Below, in pieces: positions 8,668 through 17,600 of a stretch of DNA of 20,000 nt. The position numbers and the translations under genes are program-made. The stretch comes from an uncultured bacterium (GTDB taxonomy: Bacteria > B130-G9). Location: positions 60,394 through 80,393 of the forward strand of contig CBDVDH010000008.1 of NCBI GenBank assembly GCA_965372715.1, read 5' to 3'. The first letter of the stretch is position 1. The number at the start of each line of letters is the position of its first letter. The notes below the pieces were generated by a model, which saw only the letters and a program-made list of their open reading frames with translations, had not been told where the DNA came from and did not search any database.

Positions 8668-11600
8668 CGCTTGTTTCATACTCATACGTTCCATCGGCCG
8701 GATCGCCGTTTGAAAGCGTCATCGAGTGCGCGGCGCCATCGACGATGACCGAGGCGGTCGGGGGCGCGGCGCCGTCGGCGTCGTAATACCTAACGCTATA
8801 GGCGAACGTGGTGCTGACGCCGGCGAATGTCGGGTCAACGGCCCCATCCGAGAGCGTCGGGACATAGTTCACTTCCGGCCCGTCATAATCACCTGAAGCC
8901 GGCAGCCGATCGCCGCTGCCGTTACCATCCTCGAAGTAGAAGTAGTAGTAGTGTGACCCTTGGCTGAGCTGCGTCGTGTAGGTATAGACGCCATCGGCAG
9001 GGTTACCAGAGTCGAGCGTCATCGTCTTGGGGTCGCCATCAATGTAAACAACCTTCTCACTCGGGGTATCCTGGTCGGCATCGTAGTAATGGACGGAGTA
9101 CTCAAAGACCGTGGCGGATGTGCCCGATTCGGGATCGACCGTGCCGTCCGAGAGCACGGGGTTACAATTGACGTCGGGGCCGTCGTAGGTGCCCGATTCG
9201 GGGAGTCTGTCAGAGCCGTCCCCAGTCTCCGCGTAGAAATAGAAGTTGTGCGCACCCTCAGAGAGATAAGCGCTGTACTCGTAGGCGCCATCCCAGGCGT
9301 CGCCGCTCTCAAGCGTGAGATCGCATGAGTCGCCGTCTATATAAACGAGTATCGAGGTCGGTGCGTCGTCATCGCCATCGAAGAAGTCAACGCTATACGT
9401 GAACAGCGTCGAGGTTGTTCCAGAGTCGGGCTCGACCCCGCCGTTCGATAGTTCAGGGGCGTAGCTGACGTCAGGGCCATCGTAACTTCCTGAGGCGGGC
9501 AACCTGTCCGAGCCGCCGCTTTCGTCCTCAAAAAAGAAGTAGTAGTCGTGGCTGCCGGAATTAAGCGTGGTCTGATATGCGTAGGTCCCGTCGTGCGCGT
9601 CCCCAGAATCGAGCGCCATCTCGAATGGTTCGTCATCTACATAAACCAGCTTCTCGGCCGGGGCCTCGCCGTCGGCATCATAATAATCGACCGAATAAGT
9701 AAACGTCGTTGACGGACTGCCCGATTCGGGGCTGACAGAGCCGTTTGACAACTCTGGGTTCGTGTTGCCAAAACACAACAATCTGCCGTTTGTGGTGCCG
9801 ATAAAGATCTTACCGTCGGAGGTGATGCAGGGCGAATCGTCAATGCTTGAACCGCAGTCGTAACTCCACTTCAAGCCGCCGTCGGGGTTTATGGCAAAAA
9901 GCTTCTGATTCCTTGCGCCAAAGTACACAACGCCATTGATGTCCACGATGGGGCAGCCGTAAACGGAGTTGTCGCTTTGGAAGTCGTATGACCATTTGAC
10001 TTCGCCGGTGCTTTCGAGGGCCCAGAGCAACCCTGCCCTGCAGGCAGAGTGCACGGTCCCATCCGACGCGATGGCCAGCCCATTGTTAATAGCGCCTCCG
10101 GTATCAAACGTCCATAAGAGATTGCCCTGCGAGTCGATAGCCCGGATCACCCCGCAGTAGTCACCAGTAAGCACACGCTCATTGTCCGAGATAGCGGGAG
10201 TCCCTTTTAGTTGACAGCCTGCGTCGTAGGTCCACTGAAACGAGCCGTCAGAGCCTACTCGGTGGAGGTAGCCGTCATCGTCTGCAAGCACCACATCCCC
10301 GGTGTCAGTTACCGCCGCAGCTGCGTAAGCAACGCTATCGTAGTCGTAAGTCCACAGAAGCGTGCCTTCACGATCCATGGCGTAAAGATTAGCGTCAAAA
10401 CTGGAGAAGTAGATAACGCCCTCGTCGGAGACTGTTGGTGAGGCATGGATGTCGGCGCCCGCTCTGTAACTCCACCGGACGTGGCCATCCGGATCAAATG
10501 AATACAGGTAATCGTCGTAGCAACCCACATAGATGTTGCCGTCGTTATCAACCGCGCACGAGGAGTAAATCTGGGCGCCGCAATCGAACGACCAGTCCAG
10601 CGAGCCGTCGCTGCCTATGCCGAAAACCTTGTTTAGCGTGAAACTGCCGACGTAAATCGAGCCGTCGGGGCTCAGCACGGGCGAGGCGGCAAGGACACCG
10701 CAACCGTCGTAAGACCACTTGAAAGTTGGCGAGGCCGGGCCGCTATACTCACTTCTTCCCGCGTTAGTTCGCCGGCACTGGTACATCGGCCAGGGGCCTT
10801 TGTTGTCCTCAGAGACATCTGGCCCATCGAAGGCGCCAGCCTCGGGCGAACGATATGTTGCCCCATTCTCATTCTCGAAGAAGAAGTAATAGTTGTGGCT
10901 TCCAGCGGCGAGTTTTGTCCTGAATCGAAATATCCCGTTGTGGCGGTTACCGAACTCTAGGTCCATGTCATGAGGGTCGCCGTCAATATAGACCAACGCC
11001 TCGACCGCGTCATAACCATAGACGTTGAAATACTTGACTTCGTAGGCGAACTTAGTCTCGGTTGTCCCGCAGTCGGGAAGAACCTGGGGATCGGAGAGGC
11101 CCTCATCGTAGTTGGTGAAACACCGCAGGATGCCATCCCAGCTGGTTAGATAAAGGTTGCAATACGAGTCGTGGGACGGGGACCCAGTCACCCAGTCGCC
11201 AGTCTCGTATGACCACTTTAGCGACCCGTCTGGGTGCAAGGCGAGTATTTCACCCCTGTAGCCGGGCTTATTGCTGCCAACGTATATATCGCCGAACTTG
11301 TCCACAAATGGGCTGCCCTGGACGGAAGAAGTGGTTTGATATGTCCACTTAAACGAGCCGTCCGAATTGAGGGCAAATATCTTGGCCGTCTCGACCCCGA
11401 AGTATATCGTGCCGTCTGTCGCCAGGGCGGGAGACGAGAAGGTCGGCGAGCCGGTGTTATATGACCACTTGAAACTCCCATCGGACTCAAGGGCATAGAA
11501 CTTCTGGTCGTTTGAACCAAAGTATATGCTGCCTTCATCGTCTATTGAGGGCGAAGGGTCGATCAGGCCGCCGGTCTGATAGCTCCATTTGAACGAACCA

Positions 11601-14600
11601 TCTGATTCTAACGCATAGAGCTTGTTATCGTGGCAGCCGAAGTAGATTACGTCGTCGTCGCCAAGCGCCGGAGAAGAGACGATGCTGCCTCCAACGTCGT
11701 AGCTCCAGAGAAGGTCGCCGGCGGACGATATCGCATAGAACTTGTATGGGCTTTCCCCGCCGAGGTATATGCTCCCATCGGCGCCTATCACCGGGGAGCA
11801 GATCTCGTGTGTATCCCCCATGTGGTAGCTCCACTGCACCTCGCCGTCAACCGTGATCGCGTACAGATAGGAGCCGGAGGTGGGGAAATACAGGATACCA
11901 TCGTCTGAAAGCGCTGCCGAGGCGTTTATTCTGCAAGGGTCAAGGTCAAACGTCCAGCGAATCTCGCCAGCTGAGTTGAGCGAGTAGAACTTGGTCGGGT
12001 TCCCGTTCTGAGAGCCAAAATATATATTCCCATCGTAGTCAACCGTCGGGGTTGTCATGTTGATCGGGTCAACCTCTGAGTAATCGAACGTCCACTTGAT
12101 GAGCGGCGTCAGTGGACCCTCAAAGTCGGTGCAGCTCGTGTGCTTCCTATCGTGCCTGAACATCGGCCACGGGTGGGGTGAGCCCTCACTCACGTAAGGA
12201 CCGTCGTAAGTGCCCTCTTCCGGCAACCTGTAGCTCTCGCCTGACGTGTCCTCGAAATAGAAGTAGAAATTGTGGTCGCCCTCATCGAGCTTCGTCGTGT
12301 ACTTATACGTGCCGTAGTTAGCGTCGCCCGACTCAAGCGTCATCTCGTGCCCAGCGTCATCGTCGATATGGACCCTTGCGACGGTCGGGTCGTAGCCATA
12401 GTCGTTGCAGTAATAGACGCGATACTTGAAATCGGTGTCGGTGTTTCCGGATGTAGGCGTGACGCGGCCGTCCGAAAGGCCCCCGGAGGTCTTATCGAAC
12501 TTGAAGAGCAAACCGTCCGAGTTCCCAACCAGAAGGCTCCCGTCGGCATCTATCGCACACGAGGCGCTGACGTCGGCGCCCATGTTGTATGACCAGATGA
12601 TCTCGCCGCTGGGCGAGAAACAGTAGAGTTTGTTGTCGAGGGAGCCGGCATAGACCCGGCCGGCCTGATCCAGCGCGGGCGAACCCTCCCAAAGCCCTCC
12701 GCCGTTGAAGGTCCAGTTCAGCGCCGCATCGGTATTAATGGCATAGAACTTCTCGTCCGACGAGCCGACATAAACCACGCCCAGGTTCTCGTCAACGGCG
12801 GGGCTTCCGTAAAGCGTTGTCTCCTCGCCCCCCAGGGAGAAGCTCCAGTCGAGTGAGCCATCCGAATCGAGCACGTACAGGTATCCATCGTCGCAGCTGA
12901 AGTAGATGTCACCGGTGCTGTCAATCGAGGGGCTAGACCTGACGGGCTGGCTGCAGTAATATGACCATTTGGCCGAACCGTCGCTGTCGAGGCAGTAGAG
13001 GTATCCATCCTCTCTCCCGAAATAGACGTTACCAGCCTCATCGATAGCCGGAGAGCCGTCTATTTCCCATTCGGTGTAGAAGCTCCACTTCAGCGTGCCG
13101 TCTGAATTTATCGCCCAGAGGTGAGCGTCTTGCAGCGTCCCTATGTATATTGTGCCGTCATTGTCGTCTATATTGGGCGAGCAACGGCCCACCGAGGCCT
13201 CAACATCGTATGACCAAAGCACGTCGCCCTCTGATGAGAAGGCATAGAGGTACTCGTCGTCCGAGCCGACGTAGATGTTGCCGTAGCCCGATACGGCCGG
13301 GGAACTCGTTACGCTGTCGCCTGTTTCATAGCTCCATTGAGGTGATCCGGATGAGTCCAAACAGTAGAAGTAGCCGTCCTCGCAGCCAAAGTAGTAGTAA
13401 GAATCGGCGTCAATCGCAACGGAGGATGAAATAGCCTCGCTGCCGGTGCTGTAACTCCAGGCCGGTTCACAGCTTACAGGCCCATAATAGTCAGACAGCG
13501 ACGAATGAGGCATGTCGTGCTTGAACATCGGCCATGGCCCTGCCGCTTCGTCCGATACCTCCGGCCCGTCATAGGCGCCAGTCTCTGGGAGCCTGTATTC
13601 GTTGGCCTTCTCGTCAGTGAAGTGGAAGTAGTAGTGGTGACTCCCCTCGGCGAGCTTTGTGGTGAACGCATAAACGCCGCAGTACGCAAAGCCGTCGTCA
13701 AGCGTCATCTCGTGCGATTCGCCGTCGATATAGACGAGAGCCTCATCGGGGACGTAGCGTGTGTAGCTACAGTACTTGACAGTGTAGGTAAAGTCGGTTT
13801 CGCTTGTCCCTCTGGTTGGCGCAACTTGGCCGTCAGAAAGGCCCGAATCATAGTTGCCAACGGCAACCAGACTGCCGTCTTCGAGGCCCAGGAAAAGAAC
13901 CCCCTCGCTGTCGAGGGCCAAAGGCGAAGTGATAATGCCGCCCAGGTCGATCTGCCACCGCTCAGAACCGTCGCTGATGTCAACCACAGCCACATAGCCA
14001 TCCTCACAAGCAAGAACCGCCACACCGTCCCGGTCGATTATGGGGGAGATAGCCTTGCCTTCTACATCGTATGTCCACCTCAGCGTCCCGTCGGACTCGA
14101 TGGCGTAAAACGTACCCTCCTCGGTCCCGACAACGAATGTGCAATTGCAATCGGCCGCTCCCGACGATTTGATCGGACTGTCCGTATCATAGTACCATTC
14201 GACCGAACCGGTAGAGTCGAGGCAATAGACCGTTCCCTCCCAGTTCCCGAATGCGATGTTCCCACTTTGCAGCACCGTAGGCGCGACGTTGATTGCGGCG
14301 CCGGAGTCGAACGACCAGACGAGATCGCCATCGGCAGACACCGCGTAGCACCTCCGGTCCCTGCTGGTGAACAGGACCGTGCCATCCTCCGTGAGACTGG
14401 GCGTGGAGTCGGTCTTGTCATCGGCCTCAAAGCTCCAGAGGAAGCCCCCAGAAGAATCGACTGAGTAGAGTTTGTTACTTGTTGCAGAGCAGAAATAGAC
14501 CTCATCTTCCGGTCCAATGGCAGGCCCGCTGTTTGAGATGTCACCGCCCGAGTCGAACGACCACAGAAGCGTCCCCGATGATGCCAAGCAATAGAGATTA

Positions 14601-17600
14601 TCGTCCCAGCTGCCAAAGACGATCTCGTCGTCGCTGTTCAGTGCGGCGGGGCTGTCTATCCTCCCCTCCGTCTCGAACGTCCATAGAAGCGCCCCGGACG
14701 AATCGAGACAATAAAGCACGTTGTGTTCATAGTCGCCAAAACAGACCTCATTGCCGGAAGATATGACCGGAGCGGAACGAATCTGACCTTGCGCCTCAAA
14801 TGACCATCTTATCTCTGGCGCAAGCGGAGCAAGATAAGGGGACCAGCCAGTTCTCTGGTTATCGAATTGGAAGGTTGGCCATATCCCGAATGACGGCCCG
14901 TAGTAGTAGCCTGACGATGGAAGACGGCATTTGCCGCCGCCTGTGTCCTCGAAATAGAAGTAATAGGTGTGGGCGCCCTCTGAGAGGCTCGTCTCAAAAC
15001 TGTAGGTGCCATCGAACGCCTCGCCGGATGCAAGCGACATCTCATGTGCCGCATCATCAATGTAAACGCACCTTACCGCTGGCACCTCGCTCTCCCGGTC
15101 ATAATAGTCAACGTAATACGTGAAGTCTGTATCCTCGTTGCCGGACGGTGGGTCAACATATCCATGCGAAAGCTCCGGATCGTAGTTGACCGACGGGCCA
15201 TCATACTCGCCGCTCACCGGCAGTCTGTCCGAGGCGCCTCTTTCGTCGTCACACTCAAAGTGGTAATCGTGCTCACCTCCGGACAGCGTCGTCGTGTACG
15301 TATATATCCCGTCAGCAGCGTCGCCAGAATCCAGAGTCATCCCGTGCGCCTCGCCATCTATGAGGACCTCAATCCTTGCGGGCGCGTCGTCGTCCGCGTC
15401 AAAGTAGGCAACCGTGTATGTGAAATTGGTCGAGCTGTCTCCGGAATCTGGCGAGACCGAGCCGTCCGAAAGCTCCGGGCCTCTGTTAATCTCGGCGGAG
15501 AGCTTATATTCACCGGTGCTGGACTCGCTATTATCCTCGACCTTGACGTAGTATGTGCCGCTGGCCGTGCAGGTCCACTCTATTTTCGAGGCATAGCCGC
15601 CCCCGCTGTTGTCGTCATCATCGATCAACGTCTCGCAATCGTCCTCATAGAGGTAAAGGTGTGTGTCGCAGCCGTCGAGTTCTGAGGTCTGTACCACGTA
15701 TTCCGCGTCCGCTATCGCCTCAAGGTAAGCCCAGTCCTCGTCGGCGGCCGGATACAGCGAGCGATCCTGTTTGGTTCCGTCCGTCTCAAGCTCCTTGGCG
15801 TCCTCACAACAATCATCTGGCTCGTAGTTGTCCGTAACGTCCGGACCATCATACGAACCGTGCTTCGGCAGCCGCACCGACGAGCCGTCCTCGTCAGTGA
15901 AGAAGAAATAGAACTCGTGCCCGCCGTGGCTCAGCGTCGTCTCGTAGCGATATTCACCGTCGGCTGCATCGCCGGAATACAGCGTCATTGTGTGCGAGGC
16001 GCCGTCAATATAGACAAGTTCAAGGATCGGAGAACTACCATCCTGATCGTAGTAATAGACAGAATACGTGAACGTCTCTTCCTCGGTGCCGCTGTCGGGC
16101 TCGACGTCGCCATCGGACAGCGCAGGGCCGTAGTTCACTGATGGGCCGTCGTACGTCCCGGTCTCAGGGTCGCGGCCCCTGCCTCCACAGACATCCTCGC
16201 AAGCGAAATAGAACTCATGATCGCCCTCTGAAAGCGTTGTGGAGTACGTATAGGTTCCGTTGTGCGAATCGCCCGAATCAAGCGACATCTCATGTGGGGC
16301 GCCGTCGATATAGACCAGTATCTCCTCAGGGTCATCTTCGTCGGCATCGTTGTAATCTACCGTGTAAGTGAATGTGGTGTCCTTGTCGCCGCTGTCGGGA
16401 GAAACATCGCCGTCCGTAAGGTTCGGATCCGCGTTGGAACGCGTCGCCGAAATGACCTTCCCGTTCCGGAGGCCAAACATGAAGTTCATTTCTCCGGCAA
16501 TCACGACTGAGGTCCCGACCTCAGAACCAGCCTCATAGGACCAGACCAGGGACCCGGAAGAGGAAAGGCAATAGAGCACGCCGTCCTGGGTCCCGAATAC
16601 TACTCGGTCATTCTGTCCAATGGCGGGCGCCCCCGAAACGGCGCTCTGCGCATCATAACTCCAGCGGAGGGTCCCGTATGAATTGAACTTGAAGAAGTTC
16701 CCGCCGCTCGCGCCTATATAGACGTTGCCGCTAGCATCCATCGCGGGAGAACACTCACCCACTGCGGAGCCCAACTCGACGGACCAGCGAAGCGAGCCAT
16801 CAGATTCAACAGCATACAGGTAGCCGTCGTCCGAGCCGAAATAGGAGATGCCCTCTTCAGTTATAGCAGCCGAGCTCTTGACCTCGCCGGAGGTCTGGTA
16901 GCTGCCTACGAGATCGCCCGATGAATCGACTACTCGAAACAAGCCGTCGTTTGAGCCGAACCTGATGAGACAATCAGCACCGACCGCTGGCGAGCTCACG
17001 ACACTGCCCTCCGTCTCATAGCTCCATCTGAGGTTCCCGGTAACCGACGTTGAATAGAGGTTGCCATCTGCCGCCCCTATATAAAGCGAGCCGTGGGGAC
17101 CAATGACCGGGGAAGACGAGATCGCCGAGCCGGTGTCGTAAGTCCATTTGAATGAGCCATCCGAGGCCAGGCAGTATATCTTTCCGTCTTCGGCGCCGAA
17201 GAATATGTCACCTGCGGTGTAGATAGATGGGGTCGATGATATGGGCGATCCCGCGTCGAACGGGGCGTTCAGGGACCCATGTTCGTCAATTATATACAGC
17301 TTGCCATCGTCACTGCCAAAGTAAACGTTGCCCTCTCCATCAATTATTGGCGATGATTTGACCGAATCACCAGTCTCATAAGACCATTTGATACCGACCG
17401 AGCCTGGCAAGTTGCCCTCGCCGCGGCAGGTGTGCGTCCTGTCGTGCATGAACATTGGCCACGGGCCGCCAACGAACTCGCTTGCGCCGACGATGACTAG
17501 CGCGAATGGCTGAGGCCCCTCCGGTACGTTGTAGCCAGTAACTGTAATCGTGTATGTGCCAGGCTCCGGGCTGTTCAGCTGCACCGCCTCTACTGGGTTC

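Noticed and set aside
8463-8680. Programmed frameshift or readthrough fusing gene A to gene B
   Set aside because: The alternative frames stop quickly, gene B's frame has a TGA nine codons upstream of its GTG, and gene B has its own SD and signal peptide.
9765-17468. PQQ-dependent dehydrogenase annotation
   Set aside because: Only the structural Trp-docking blade repeat is present. The propellers are compact and lack the dehydrogenase active-site insertions and vicinal Cys-Cys.
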